Shown piece after piece: positions 10,208-23,563 of a stretch of 64,000 nt of DNA (within the stretch, counting starts at the first letter, position 1; each line of letters opens with the position of its first letter). Position numbers and translations under genes: made by a program. The notes beneath the pieces were generated by a model, which saw only the letters and a list, made by a program, of their open reading frames with translations, was not told where the DNA came from and did no database searches. Origin of the DNA: Macrostomum lignano (lineage: Eukaryota); assembly GCA_002269645.1 (NCBI GenBank), contig NIVC01003056.1, positions 1 to 64,000 on the forward strand. The letters run 5' to 3'.

Positions 10208-13055
10208 GGTCCCTGGACATTTCGGTGACAAGACGTTTCGGTGACAACCTTTTCGGTGACACTTTAGGACGTTTCGGTGACAAATTTAGACAATTCGGTG
10301 ACACGCTTCAAAAATGAAAGTTTATTAGTCTGTAAGACAACATACTCATGAACAAGAGTTTAATAGTTAAAACTCGTCATATTTTATTGTTGTGCGTTGA
10401 CTATTGTTGTTGTGTGTGACTGTTATATCTATACACTTAAATAAAGGGTCATTCTGCACCTGTTCAGATAAAAGAGGTTGGCCGAGACTACACATGTATA
10501 TCAGTAATTACCTCCTGAATTATTGCAAATGTTATTTAATGTAATGTTTCGATGCACACCGCAAACTTCAATAATTTTATGGCAGCTACATGTATAATGG
10601 CAGCCTTCTGAATCGATCAACATCAGTTTCACAGATTGCATGTATACATGTACATGTACATATGAACCATGCGAGAAATGACTTCGAGTTTTGACTTTTG
10701 GAAAGATCAGTTACACTTGGTGGAAAAAACTATTTAAAAAGTTAAGGCCCCCGACTATTTCGCGGGGGACAGGCCGGGGGGTTTGGTATGACGATCTATG
10801 ACTATGATCACTATGACTTCATGACATGACTACGAGTATGATGATATGATGCTATGATCATGACTATATGACTATGATCACGTTATGACGACGGCGGGTT
10901 TACATGTATATGGCATGAGCTTTGAAAGCAAAGCAGCGGCTTTTCCATGTACGATTGTGTCCCCCGGGGCGGCCGCCTCCTGTCGGCCCCAAGCTGGTGG
11001 TATATATGGCACTCGCCATGCAAGGGATCGAGTTAATTGCCGCCAATGGTGGCAAGTCTCGCCAGTGGCCCCGATCAGCTATTTTCCTCCGGCCGCGGGA
11101 TGTAGCTGCTCCAATTTTACTCTTTTTTGGTTTGTGCGAGAATCGATGCAAGTTGCTTAATACTGTACACGTGTGAATAACATGCAGCACGCATGGGTAC
11201 AAGGCGATAGGAAGGAAATAAGTGTATATGGCGCGATGTTAAAATTTGCGAAACACGTGTCTAATGGGAAAGGTAAAGTTCGGAAAGGGTCACACGTTAG
11301 AGCTTAGAGAGAAATGAGAGACTAACAGTAATTTCATATACATTCGCTCCGCACTTCGGTTAACCGATAATTGCCTGATTGCTGACCAGAGTGACCAGGA
11401 AAGTCAAAGGAAAGACGAGGGAAGGGACGCGAGGCCACATTAAGCTAAAGATAAGTAGATAAGTAGCAAAGATAAGTAGCAAATTGTATAATTTGCTTTT
11501 CAGAACTTGCTTACGCATGGACAACTTATCCCTGCTTAAACGTTTGTTGCTACATGTACATGCAAATTGGCAAGTCCAGTATTTAATCTTTCTTCATTGT
11601 TCGATCGATATTAGCACCTTTGATGGTTCCATGTTGCAGAACAGTAAAGCTTGTTAAGTGAACCAATTATGCTTACTGGAATTTCAATATCTACATTGCA
11701 TTTACTAACAATGCTAATTCTAATGGCAAGCACCAATGATTTGGTTGCGCGTTTGCTACCATTCTCAAGCAAAATCATTGCTAGCAAAGAAGCATCGCTC
11801 GTACGGTGATATAATGTTTGTTTTTGCCACGCCATTCAAAGTAGAACAACTGATTGCGTATGAAATATGAATGCGCATGCAGACTTTAAGGACTCGGTAT
11901 CCGAGGCGCTAATACGAGTATATAACTTCTAGCAAACTCGAGCGCTAGTTCTTCGAATTCTAGACGCATATTCACAGCGCTGCTGGATGAGGAGGTTGTA
12001 GCTGATGATGGCGGGATGATTCACGATCTCTATGAATCAGTTAGTGACCCAGAACCCAGGCCAATAGTTCAGGGAGGTCGAGAGTTAGAGACTTTTGAAG
12101 TCATGCAAGACGGAGGCAGCCGACGGAACGTTCTTGTAATATCGTCGAATGGGTACTCCTATGGGCTTCATCGTCAGCGTGGTGCTCGTGAACACTATCG
12201 TTGCACTCAACGCAGTCATCATACCCCTTGTTGCGCACTCTAATTCGCAGTGCCGGTGAAGAGTTTAAGCATGGGAAAAGCGGGCACAGCCATGCACGTC
12301 GTCTCGTCTCGTCTTTGGTGCTTCTGCTACTCGGAAGATTTATCGAGACGTAAAATTTGCTGCCTCAACGGATGTTTTTAAATCTGCGGCACAGCTTACA
12401 GATGATGATAGACTATACTGCGCGAACTCACTTCCTCCACGGCAGCGAACTTGCCGAATCCAACAAATCTAATTAGAGCTGCAAACCGGTTTTGCGAAAG
12501 AGGACGGCCAGAGGAGCCTATAGGGATTTAAACTTCCAACTGCAGTTGGAAAGCCTTGCCCAATGGATTTCTCAGAAGTGATGTCCAGGTTGGAGGAAGA
12601 CGGCACTTAGTATTTGCTACTAATAATCAATTGACACTACTGATCAGTAGTGCCCACGAGTTGTTCATGGACGGTACGTTTTCAATTGTCCGACGGCCAT
12701 TTGTGCAACTTTACTCGATTCATGGCTTTCTACGTGATCAAGGACATCTGAAACAGGTAAAGTATGCAATAGGTCAATACGATCTTACTCAGCTCTAATA
12801 CTTTCATAAAAAAATGAAATAATTTAATTTCAGTATAGGGATATAACAAAGTCAGTGATGAAATCACCGCAAATCAATAAAATATGACGAGTTTTAAGTA
12901 TTAACTGTTGTTCATGAGTATATTCTCTTTCACACTAATAAACTTTCATTTTTAAAACGTGTCACCGAATTGTCCAAATTTGTCACCGAAACGTCCTGAA
13001 GTGTCACCGAAAAGGTTGTCACCGAAACGTCTTGTCACCGAAATGTCCAGGGACC
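10208..13055 (+). mobile_element. Mutator-like element (MULE), 2848 bp, non-autonomous/defective
   Basis: ~180-bp TIRs (10208-10389 and 12875-13055) starting GGTCCCTGGACATTTCGGTGAC, with internal TTCGGTGACA sub-repeats; exact 9-bp TSD CTTATAGAC at 10199-10207 and 13056-13064. Confidence 0.93.
12016..12756 (+). pseudogene. MULE transposase fragment: FLYWCH-like zinc finger plus first catalytic Asp region, frameshifted and truncated
   Basis: NGYSY...HYRCTQR....CCAL (frameshift) LIRSAGEEFKHGKSGHSH; then GRRHLVFAT..QL.LL.....LFMDGTFSIV..PFVQLYSIHG. Ends at donor-like AG|GTAAAG at 12757, ~120 bp before the right TIR. Confidence 0.85.
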
Positions 13056-13403
13056 CTTATAGACATGGTGGGTGGCCGTGTCTCTAATATTGGAGCTTAT
13101 AGACACAGCTGCCATTGCCATGTATATAATCATCAATGGGATAAAAAGATCAATTGATTGAAAAGTCAGTTTTTTATTTTTAATTTTTAAAAAATTAGAT
13201 TAAATTAATTCTTAATGAGTAACACAAAATCATTTTAAAGTGCAGCCACAATTATATATGTAGCTACTGAAAAGAAATTTTTTGATACATATCAGCCCTA
13301 CTGTGTTACTCTTATAAAAAAATAAATTTAATTTAATTTAACTTTTTTAAAACTTAAAAAGTTCAAGTTGAAAAATTTTCTGTTTGCTCAAAAAATTCAA
13401 ATT

Positions 13404-13482
13404 AAAAAAAAACTATGACCACTTGGGATTCAAACCTAGCTACTTACAATCACAAGGCAATCAATATACCCACAAAGCCACC
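13404..13482 (-). other. tRNA-derived (SINE-head-like) remnant
   Basis: Minus strand: A-box-like TGGCTTTGTGG, B-box-like GGTTTGAATCCC, then a T run; no complete cloverleaf seen. Confidence 0.45.
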
Positions 13483-15003
13483 ACTTGCTTAAAAGAAAGG
13501 CCCTACAGAACATGCATTTTATATTGATGATTATAGCTGTGCCTATAAGCTCAAATAATTATAGTCACGGCCGCTGTGCCTATAAGTACTCCATACTTAA
13601 AATGGACTAACTCTTACAACAAAAATTATCAAAGGAATTCTTTATTTTAAAATCTAAGCACAGTTCCTTGAATATATCTAAAACATAAAAGAATAAAACA
13701 TGAAAACTTACCCTCTCGTAACAATGCTCGAAATGAAAAATGCTGTTGAATATAATATAATATTCCAACGAAGAACCTTAAAAATCGAGTCATCCTAATG
13801 GATCAAAATAGCTAACTGTGATTTACTGTCTGTTAGGTCATTAACATAAAGTGGCAAAAGCTTAGGCCTAACTTAAGGAGTATCTAGCTAATTAGCTCAA
13901 GCTTAGTGCTAATATGATCTGAGTAACTGAGTGATCATGATTAGCTAGGATAAGCGATATCGCCGATGGGGCCTACCAGTATACCACTACCACCACGAAA
14001 AGTTTTCGAGATACCGAGCAATACAAGTACAACTGATCAAATGCACAAATACAGACACTGCTGAATTGGAACGATTATATAAGGATGTAAAAATTTAGCT
14101 CACGAAGGCTTTCATTCGCCACAGAATTTAAAGGCAAATAGTCCGCCGCTCCACAGCGATTTCTGATAATTAATTACGTTCTTGGAAAAGAACACTCTCA
14201 AAATAGACCACTTTTTTCACAATAAAACAAAGCACAGAATAAACATCAATATTTCCTGATCTCTAAAATGTACGAAACAAAGATACAATATTACATAAAA
14301 GTATTGCAAATAAAACCGATAAAAATTTATATTTATTTTTAAAGATACAATTATTACAGCTTAATAGATTCATATTCTTTTCAGTTTCATTGATTGATTT
14401 CATTTTCAATTTATTTTGTACTTAATTTCAATGGTCTACTTAATGCAATATCACGTCAATTCTCTCAATTTCGCTATGTGAAAATTGCGCCTAAGCTTCA
14501 TACATGTACATGTACATGTATTCAAACCCAAAATAAGCTGAGATCGCGTTTTTTATGAGATAGCATTTTCAGATTGCGTTGCCAGATAGTCTTTCATATA
14601 TTCGAATACCCCTAGCTCATGATCATGCAATCACGTCGAAGCTGGAGCTGCAATGGGTGGGAGATGAGCAGGGGCGACGAACCGGTGGGGACGGGGGACA
14701 TGCCAATGCTATGTCCCCCGCACCTCGCCTTGTTGACGGCCGTTATGGAAATCAATAATTTTGCTTCAGGGCGACAGAACAGCGCCTGCAGCAACTAAAA
14801 TGAGTGTCTGTGGTGCTAAAATGGTGCCTGCGGCACCAAAATGATCGATGACAACACCGACGCAATTCGGAAATCAATAAATTAAACATGTATATATAGT
14901 AGGAATTTGTAGTCATGAACATGTAACCAGTAGAATTTTCGGCTTTGCCCCCCCCACCACCATAAATCCATGGCGACGCACCGCTGGGCATAAGAATTCC
15001 CCG

Positions 15004-15816
15004 CAGACGAATTGCCCATCGAGGTTTACCCAGACAGGAGATTTGCCCGCCGAGCTTTTCCCGCAAGAGATTTGCCGGCCGCCGAGCCTTTGCCGCAAGA
15101 GATTTGCCCGCCGAGCTTTTCCCGCAGGAGATTTGCCCGCCGAGCTTTTCCCGCAGGGGGATTTGCCCGCCGGCGCGAGATCAATTTGCCCGCCGAACTT
15201 TTCCCAGAGGGGATTTACCCGCCGAGATTTGCCCGCCAAGATTTGCCCGCCGAGATCGATTTGCACGCCAAGATTTGCCCGCCGAGATCGATTTGCTCGC
15301 CAAGATTTGCCCGCCGAGATCGATTTGCTCGCCAAGATTTGCCCGCCGAGATTTTCCCGTCGAGATTTGCCCGCGAGTGAATTGGCCGCCGAGGTTTGCC
15401 CGCAATGCTTTTTTCCTGCAGCGCATTATTGCCACGCGCGGCCGATTCCGATTCTGTCTACATTGCCCCCCCCCCCCCCCGCCCAATATGCTATAGTAAG
15501 TCTAATAAAAGAGATTAAGGAGACAAAGCAACATGTCAAACATGCAACATGCTAATTCAGTTGCATGAATTAGTAGCTCACTGATGAGCCCCTGCATGTA
15601 TAATTGATATAAATGAAAACCTACGAGAAAAAATATGCATTTGTTATGCAGTTACTATCGAATGTTTTGATCGGGGTACATGTAAATATATTTTTAAGAC
15701 AATTACTATACGCATCGGGGGGCATGCAGACAGAATCTGCCGTGTGATAAGAAAAAAGCATAGCATTTGCGGGTAAACCTTGACCGGCAGGAAAAGCTCG
15801 GCGGGCAAATCGTCTG
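15004..15816. mobile_element. Putative non-autonomous DNA-transposon fragment with a GC-rich GATTTGCCCGCC(GAG) array and an inverted copy
   Basis: GATTTGCCCGCC-type units at 15040-15410; inverted copy GGCAGGAAAAGCTCGGCGGGCAAATCGTCTG at 15786-15816; no TSD identified. Confidence 0.5.
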
Positions 15817-15985
15817 TATGTAGTACAGTACAACATGTACAGTAAGGTCAAGAACGATTTACATAATGCATATGCTCGACGTTAATAAGGATCCGGATCT
15901 ACACCTTTCTCAAATTGAATTTTTTCTCAAAGCAAAAACCTGCCAAGAGTTCATCATGGGTTTCAGCCAGCAATTATGGCAGATA

Positions 15986-18549
15986 CCCCTAGATGAAGTT
16001 CTGTTTACTCATTCTTGGCAGATCTGTTCTTACTTAAATTTCTTAACAGATCTGTGAATTTTGGTTAACACATTCTTAACAGATCTGTTCTTACTTAAAT
16101 CTCTTAGCAGATCTGTATCTGCTTTTGTCTTACAAGATCTTACAAATCTTTGCAAGCCATTTTTTATTGTTTGGTACGTAAAAAACATTCGTGATTTTTT
16201 AGAAAATACTTATGAGGTAAAGAGAAAACAAAATTTCTAACTGTATATCAGAAAAAAGACTTTCGTATATTTTCACATTTATCTGCTGGATCTTGTCAGA
16301 TCAGTTCTTGCAGATCTGTACAGATCAGTTTTGAAAAGTGTCTGAATTGTTTTTTTCCACAAAATATTTAACATAATAGTAAGTACGTTTTTTTAATGAT
16401 TTGTATTTATTTTAGTTGTTCTTCTGGCAGCCAACAGTAAATGAATTTGTTTAAATATTCTTTCCGCAGTTCTGAACATAGTGGACCCTTATAGTTTGAA
16501 TTCTCGCTCTTGCAATATCCATTCATCTCAGTTCTTTCTTTTGACTTAGCTGAATACGTAATTTTTAATTCCTTAAATTGTTTCATAGTGTAGTATCACT
16601 ATTTTTTACTTTTTTAGCCATAATAACTTTTTTGATTAAGTATAGCTATGGCTTTAAATGAAGGGCAGATTGCGTCATCAATTAAAAAAATTGACATAAT
16701 TGACAGACTGACTATGAAGTGTATGATATGCTATATATATATCTATATCATATATATATCTAGGCTTGTTTCCTACTCCCAGGCCTATAAGTATGAGTAG
16801 GCCTAGGCCTATGACTTTGTTCTATGCTTTAATAGAAACAGAATGCATGTCTAGACCTAGTGATGTTGTCCATTAATAATTCATTAATCCATTAATAATT
16901 CAGAAATTCAGTTACATACATAGATCAGTATTTTTGTAGTCTTTTACATTTCATTATATTATATTTATATATACATACCTAGTTCTAGCCCCTAGGCTAG
17001 GGCTAGGCTAGTTCTAGTGACCTAGCTAGTAAGTAAATCTTAATTAAATAGGTCTATTCTGTTTTTGTTTGTTTTATATATGCTTATCTAGATTTATAAA
17101 TAGGTAGACTGATAGGTAGATAGATTTTATATCTGTAAAACTTGGTTTTAATCCCTCCTTGATTTTAAACACTTAGGTTAAGAGTGTAATGTCTATTTTT
17201 AGTAAATTGTGTTATAACTAGGCTTATCATTTTAATTTTAATTTAATAGGCCCTACTCTACTAAAAATTGTAATTGCTATATAGGGTATAGTTTTTCTGA
17301 ATTAGAATTAAACCTGGATGTTTAAATATAGGCTTGTGGTTGTTAGAAAGTTATCTTAAGCCTTGACCTACTATTTGAAGAATATAGATAGGCATAGCAA
17401 AATCTAAAATTATTTATACTAGATAGGCCTAGATAAATAATATGAAAAATATAGAATAGAAGAAAAACAGGTCTAAATTTAATTAGACCAAAGAACTTTT
17501 ACAAAAGTTATTACTCTGACTATTTAAAAACATAACAATGATATTTGTTTTATGTTTTAGTTATTTTGAATTGAATATTAATGTTTAAAATCCCAGAACT
17601 TTACTACAATTTTCCCTTTCATTGCAGCTACTCTACATGGTCAATATGGCATCGCTACTTATGGGTTCCAAGCTTGTCTTTATACCAAATGGCAAAGTGG
17701 CAAGCATCCTATGATTGCTAAAAGAAAAAATGAAGCCAGCCTAAAGTAAAAATGCAACATGATAAAGAGCCCTAAAGTATTACTAAGAGCTCTTATAGAC
17801 CTACTCTTATTGATAACAAAGTAAGCTTTCTAGCAATATTGACTTTAAAATCTTTCAGTACTGGACTCTTTCAGTTTCAATTATTTGCAAACCAATTTAA
17901 TTGTACATTGTAGTAAAAGATGCACCTGGTTTTTTTCAAATGTTTCTGCTTCTATTTTTTAGTTTCTAAAAGTATTGCTCACCCTAATTTTATTAGTCCA
18001 TTGTACCATTAGTATTTTTTCTATTGAATGTGTGCTTAACTTTTGTTTTGAAGTTGATTTATTTTTTGCTTGTGCTATTTCCCTTGTGCATACAAGTTTT
18101 ATTTCATGAGCATAAATGTGTATTTGTTTACATTTTCACAAATAAATATGTCTACTTTGTTTTAATTGTTCAATGACATTTGCTTTTGTTCTGGCAGCTT
18201 ACTAGCACAATACTAAAATTGCAGAATCAAATAAGAAAGTCCTGTCATAACTCGTGTTCTTTATTGGAATTAAATTAGTGCATTGGGGTTTTATAAATGG
18301 ATTACTAAACAGATCTTGGAAGATTTGATAAGACGGACAATGCATTCAATTGGTAAAGCTTAATACATCTTACAAGATCTGCCCAGATCTCCTAAGATCT
18401 GCTCGTGCAGACCGTGCAAGATCTTCCTGCAGATCTTGTAAGTTCTGCCTATATATTTTAATAGTGCAGATCTGTTACGTTCTTGCAAGAACGTAGCGAG
18501 AAGCTCCAGACAGATCTGCTAAGAAATGGCATGACGATTTCATCTAGGG
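15986..18549. mobile_element. AT-rich element with imperfect TIRs (CCCTAGATGAA...) and subterminal CAGATCTG motifs
   Basis: CCCTAGATGAAG at 15986 and TTTCATCTAGGG ending 18549; CAGATCTG/AGATCT motifs cluster at 16020-16330 and 18310-18520; no TSD confirmed. Confidence 0.55.
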
Positions 18550-19251
18550 ACAGTACAATACAATGTCAATCCTTTGTATTGACTTTCGCCGAAGTAGTTT
18601 GAAACCTATAGGTATGGAATTATGGATAATGGTGTAAAGCTTGACGGTCGTTTCGTCTGCTGCCAGTTCGTCTGTCATTCTTTCGTCTGAAAAAATACGA
18701 TGCAGTCGTCATTCGTCTGCCACAAAATATTAAGACTAAGTATGATGTCAGTACATATAATATTGAAAACAAATATCGGTATATCTTAAAAACTACTAAT
18801 ACTTTAATAAAAATAACAAACTAATTACGCTAGAAGCACGAGCGTACGATCTAAAAAATATTATCCCAAGGGACCCGTGTAGTATGCACACGTAATACTA
18901 ACTTTTTGTTTGTTAAATGAATTTTGGAGGCTGAATAATTGTTCATAATAATGCATCATTATTGGATGGGGTCATAAAAATGCTCATAACAGCCGGCCGA
19001 TCATATTTAACAGCGAACTCCGTCTCTGCCTTTAATATTCGTAACTGCAGCTTCCATCCTATAAGTTCGTTTTTTCAACGGATTTTTAAAATTGATACCA
19101 CGTTTCTTTAAAATATTGCGATAAACAAAATTACACTTAAAAAACTGACAACCCACTTTAACTCTATTTGAATGCCTCGCAATATTTGATTATGAAAAAT
19201 TAGTTTTGCTAGCTATCTAGCTATACCTTATCTTTTTTTCTCAAAACTCGT

Positions 19252-19271
19252 TTCGTCTGCCGGCAGACGAA
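19252..19271. repeat. Perfect 20-bp palindrome TTCGTCTGCCGGCAGACGAA
   Basis: Self-complementary. Related TTCGTCTG motifs at 18660-18720, and GCAGACGAATTG at 15004. Confidence 0.85.
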
Positions 19272-21768
19272 TTGACCGCTCACCGTAAATTTCCACTTCA
19301 TGTTGTCACTAGTCCTTTAACTGATGGGCTAAATATTAATATTTTTAAATCCAAACTAAATATATCTGTCTAACTATATAGTAGGGCTTATGGGGGCCTA
19401 TTATAATAAGGCCCCTTATTTAGTAAAATTATGGCAAAGGCTAGAGTTCTGGCACCGGAACCCATTTTCATCTCAGAAATAATTTAACGAACGATCTATA
19501 TGCAAAAATGGTAAATATATAAAGCTGCACCAAGTCTCCAAGATGGTCATCTACCAAGAAAGCCATGTACAACATATAATCTCCATTATATATATTCTTT
19601 CTAAATTCTATCATGACATTGATTTGCAACTTTATAGACTATAGTACCTAATAATAATATATTAATTAAATGTATAGGCCTAGTTTATTAAATATATAAT
19701 AAATTAATAATATATTTGAAATATTATCTAGGCCTAGGCCTGACTTCTATGTTTTTCAATTTTGTGCCAAATTTTTGTGCATTTTTTGCCCAACAATATA
19801 TCAGATTGGTATGTGTGTTATATTGCTTTGTAGAAAATTTAAAACTGAATTCAAAAAATGTTTTGTTTTGAATGTAATTCAATTGTAAGTTAAAAATTGT
19901 GGTCTCTAAAACAATTCTTTTGCAGACATCCCAAATCAAGAAAAATTCCAAAATGTGTGTTTCTTTAATAATTTCTATCAGTAGGCCTAATGCTAATTTT
20001 TTTGAGTATCTATCAGTATATTGTCAAAACTTTATCTCATTTTGTAGATGAAAATGTTTTCTTTCAAATGATATGTCACTTTTATAGATGGCCTATAGGC
20101 TAGGCCCATGAGATAATAAAAATGAAAGTGACTAGCATGTTTGGTTTTGAAGATCCCTTGTTTGATTGATAAGATCTTACCCTATTCTAATAATGATAAT
20201 TAGGCCTACCTAAAATTATGTTAAATTTAAAGCCAATAATATAGTTCTATTAGTTTATTAAAAAGTCATCATTAATCCTAAGGTGGAGCAAAGAAAGAAG
20301 ATAAAAAAATTTCTAGTTTGAAGTGGGTAGGTTTGGGTTTCTTTGAAACCAGTTGGCATTGCATTCATACGAATAAAGCGGGAAGATCGCGCAGACACAT
20401 CACAACAAAATTTTCCTGTTTTACTCCAACTGCTAGGGTCCTCAAATTCTGGGGGAAGGATAGTTTCAGTTGTAGGCGAGCAGTTTTAGTTAGAAATTGT
20501 CAGTGGTAGGCACCCACCTACCATAATCCTATATAAGAAACCTAGATGCATATGCAACAAGGTATATTAGGCTAGGCCCTATTTGCTTAATTAATAGATA
20601 AATGCTAATAATAAAAGCTATCACCTTAACTTATGCAAATATTTTTTGGTTAATCTAATTCTAATATAGTATATCAGCAATCTTCTAGGTCTTATTTCAT
20701 ATATTTAATTCTTTTTTGAAAATTTAAAAAAAAGTTTTATCAATAGAACAATTGAGAGTTTATTAATAAATTACTAAATAGATAGTTTTAAACACTATAC
20801 TAATGCGCCACCTAGAAAAGGATATTGCTTAAGATGTTGCGCAGCTGGCAATAGCACTATAGAAACTTGTTTAGGTAGTGTCAAAATAGGGCCTTTGATA
20901 TACTAGAGTTGCCAAAGTTGCATAGGTCTACCAAAGGTCATATATATGTCTCTATGGTAAAAATTATATGAGTAGATGGCATGGATGCTATAGGGCATCT
21001 AGCCATGATTGCAACAGAAGAATTGGTATTCAGGATTGACAAGAAAGCAATGCTTCAAGAAATCTCTCAATCCCTATCCTTTCCATCTAGTTTTAGTTTT
21101 TTTTTTAAATAGAGCAATTGCAATTTTAACCATATATAGCCAATAGCCATCTCAAACTAATAGACATATACATAAAATCAATATACTGCCACATCTTCAA
21201 CTCATGCAATTTTAAATATTTACCTGTATTAACTAAGAAAGTTAGACATTTAGAGCTGTGGCCATCTGGTCTTAGTACTAATTATAAAATGGTATTTCAA
21301 ATTATAACCAATTAAATACTGTATAATATATATCACAGGTCTTTTTAGTCTCCTAGTATTACATTGTTTAGTAATCTGAAGGTAAGTTTTAGTCTACACT
21401 TTGGAAAGTTACATGGTATGCTAGAAATTTCTAGTATACCAGTACTAATGGATAGTTTAGCTATTTTGGTTTATCACTTTGGTGTTACCACTTGAGGCTC
21501 AAGTAAATTTTTGGCATACCAATTTATATTTACCAAAACTTTGACAAACACAAAATTAAACATTTCAATAATTTTCCTTTTTAAAAAGCATGTATGCTAC
21601 AAGAGTTTCAAAAAACTAATCTTAGTTTATAATTCAAATGGTACTTTTATAAATGTAAAGTTAACAAAATAGTTAAATAATTGAAAAGTTGTTGGTAATA
21701 ATATTTTTGCATTTGCTAAGTTGTTGTAGAAAGTTTTGTTTAAAAACATTTCTTTAGACTATTTGAAA

Positions 21769-22585
21769 TTCCCCACAAGCCCTTGCATTGCTTTGGAGCA
21801 ATTCCCCACAAGCCCTTGCATTGCTTTGGAGCAATTCCCCACAAGCCCTTGCATTGCATTGGAGCAATTCCCCACAAGCCCTTGTAGCATTGGAGCAATT
21901 CCCCACAAGCCCTTGTAGCATTGGAGCAATTCCCCACAAGCCCTTGCATTGCATTGGAGCAATTCCCCACAAGCCCTTGCATTGCATTGGAGCAATTCCC
22001 CACAAGCCCTTGTAGCATTGGAGCAATTCCCCACAAGCCCTTGTAGCATTGGAGCAATTCCCCACAAGCCCTTGCATTGCATTGGAGCAATTCCCCACAA
22101 GCCCTTGTAGCATTGGAGCAATTCCCCACAAGCCCTTGTAGCATTGGAGCAATTCCCCACAAGCCCTTGTAGCATTGGAGCAATTCCCCTCAAGCCCTTG
22201 TAGCATTGGAGCAATTCCCCACAAGCCCTTGTAGCATTGGAGCAATTCCCCACAAGCCCTTGTAGCATTGGAGCAATTCCCCACAAGCCCTTGTAGCATT
22301 GGAGCAATTCCCCACAAGCCCTTGTAGCATTGGAGCAATTCCCCACAAGCCCTTGTAGCATTGGAGCAATTCCCCACAAGCCCTTGTAGCATTGGAGCAA
22401 TTCCCCAGAAGCCCTTGTAGCATTGGAGCAATTCCCCACAAGCCCTTGTAGCATTGTAGCAATTCCCCACAAGCCCTTGTAGCATTGGAGCAATTCCCTA
22501 GAAGCCCTTGGAGCAATTCCCCACAAGCCCTTGCATTGCATTGGAGCAATTCCCCACAAGCCCTTGTAGCATTGGAGCAATTCCC
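21769..22585. repeat. Minisatellite, 31/33-bp units (TTCCCCACAAGCCCTTGTAGCATTGGAGCAA), ~26 copies
   Basis: Direct reading; explains the Cys/Gly/Leu ORFs in the track. Confidence 0.97.
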
Positions 22586-22762
22586 ATGTCTTATAGTTTA
22601 GTGTGTGTTACAAATACTTTGTTTTAATCATTTCTGTGATTAGAAAACTGCACATCTGTCTAGAGAGCAACTCAATAACTATAACGTGTCTACTTGAGCA
22701 CTTGGAGTTTAAAAACCAAATATTTGTTATTTCTTTTTTCAAGAAACCAACAGCAGAACAGA

Positions 22763-23124
22763 ATGAGCAGTCGCAGTTTAGATAAGCGGCACACCACCAG
22801 TCAGACAACTAGCGAAAGATTCCGTCGCTTAAGTAATCAGCCTAGTCAGCCTCTTACTATTGATGAAGATGTATCAATTGTTATTGAACGTAAAGTGCGC
22901 GGACCGCCAAGCACTGAGCCGCTGGTCCGCCGCTTCGATCCCGACGTCGATGCCATCCGTCTGCCTCGGCGTACTGACGAAGGCAGCGCGCCAGTGTTTC
23001 AACGACCTGAGGTGTTGAAATTTCATCACGACCGACTCACGCCTGAGCCCAGATCGCCGCCTAGAACTTATAGCAGCGTCCGGCACTCGCAGCGGCAGCA
23101 TAGCAACGGGGGTAGCGGCGATAG
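22763..23124 (+). CDS. Coding exon 1 of a predicted RS/RGG-rich BCLAF1/THRAP3-like protein
   Basis: ATG 22763 in the open frame 22694-23155; GC-rich coding-like composition; ends at donor AG|GTTAGT (phase 2); acceptor-like TTCTTTTTTCAAG at 22731-22743. Confidence 0.7.
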
Positions 23125-23219
23125 GTTAGTACATAATACACTTGAGATTTCTTAGTCGGCTGATTTACAATGCTGTTAGCTGCTGATCGAAGATAAGGGT
23201 AGATTAATGATCAGCGATT

Positions 23220-23478
23220 GGGTTTGGATTAGGGATTTGGTAGGTTGGGAATTTAGGGATTAGGTAGGTTTGGGATTAGGGATTGGGTAGGTTGGGATCA
23301 GAGATTGGGTAGGTTTGGGATCAGGGATTGGGTAGGTTGGGGATCAGGGATTGGGTAGGTTTGGGATCAGGGATTGGTTAGGTTGGGGATCAGGGATTGG
23401 GTAGGTTGGGGATCAGGGATTGGGTAGGTTGGGGATCAGGGATTGGGTAGGTTGGGGATCAGGGATTGGGTAGGTTGG
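23220..23478 (+). repeat. Intronic G-rich ~22-23-bp tandem repeat (GGGATTGGGTAGGTTGGGGATCA), ~11 copies
   Basis: Lies inside the predicted 439-nt intron 23125-23563. Confidence 0.9.
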
Positions 23479-23563
23479 GTATTAGTATCGGGTATGTTAT
23501 ATTACTATTGAGTAGTATGCTGTGGATATTTCACAATTTCGTAATACATTTCTCACCTGACAG

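Noticed and set aside
13404-13482. Functional tRNA gene
   Set aside because: Only box-like motifs; no convincing acceptor or anticodon stems.
14913-15555. Overlapping Arg/Ala/Pro ORFs
   Set aside because: Derived from the GC-rich GATTTGCCCGCC repeat.
21740-22580. Cys/Gly-rich ORFs
   Set aside because: Translation of the 31/33-bp minisatellite in several frames.
23466-23563. N-terminus MGRLGISIG... of the 233-aa ORF
   Set aside because: Lies in the predicted intron; the GTG start falls within the G-rich repeat.
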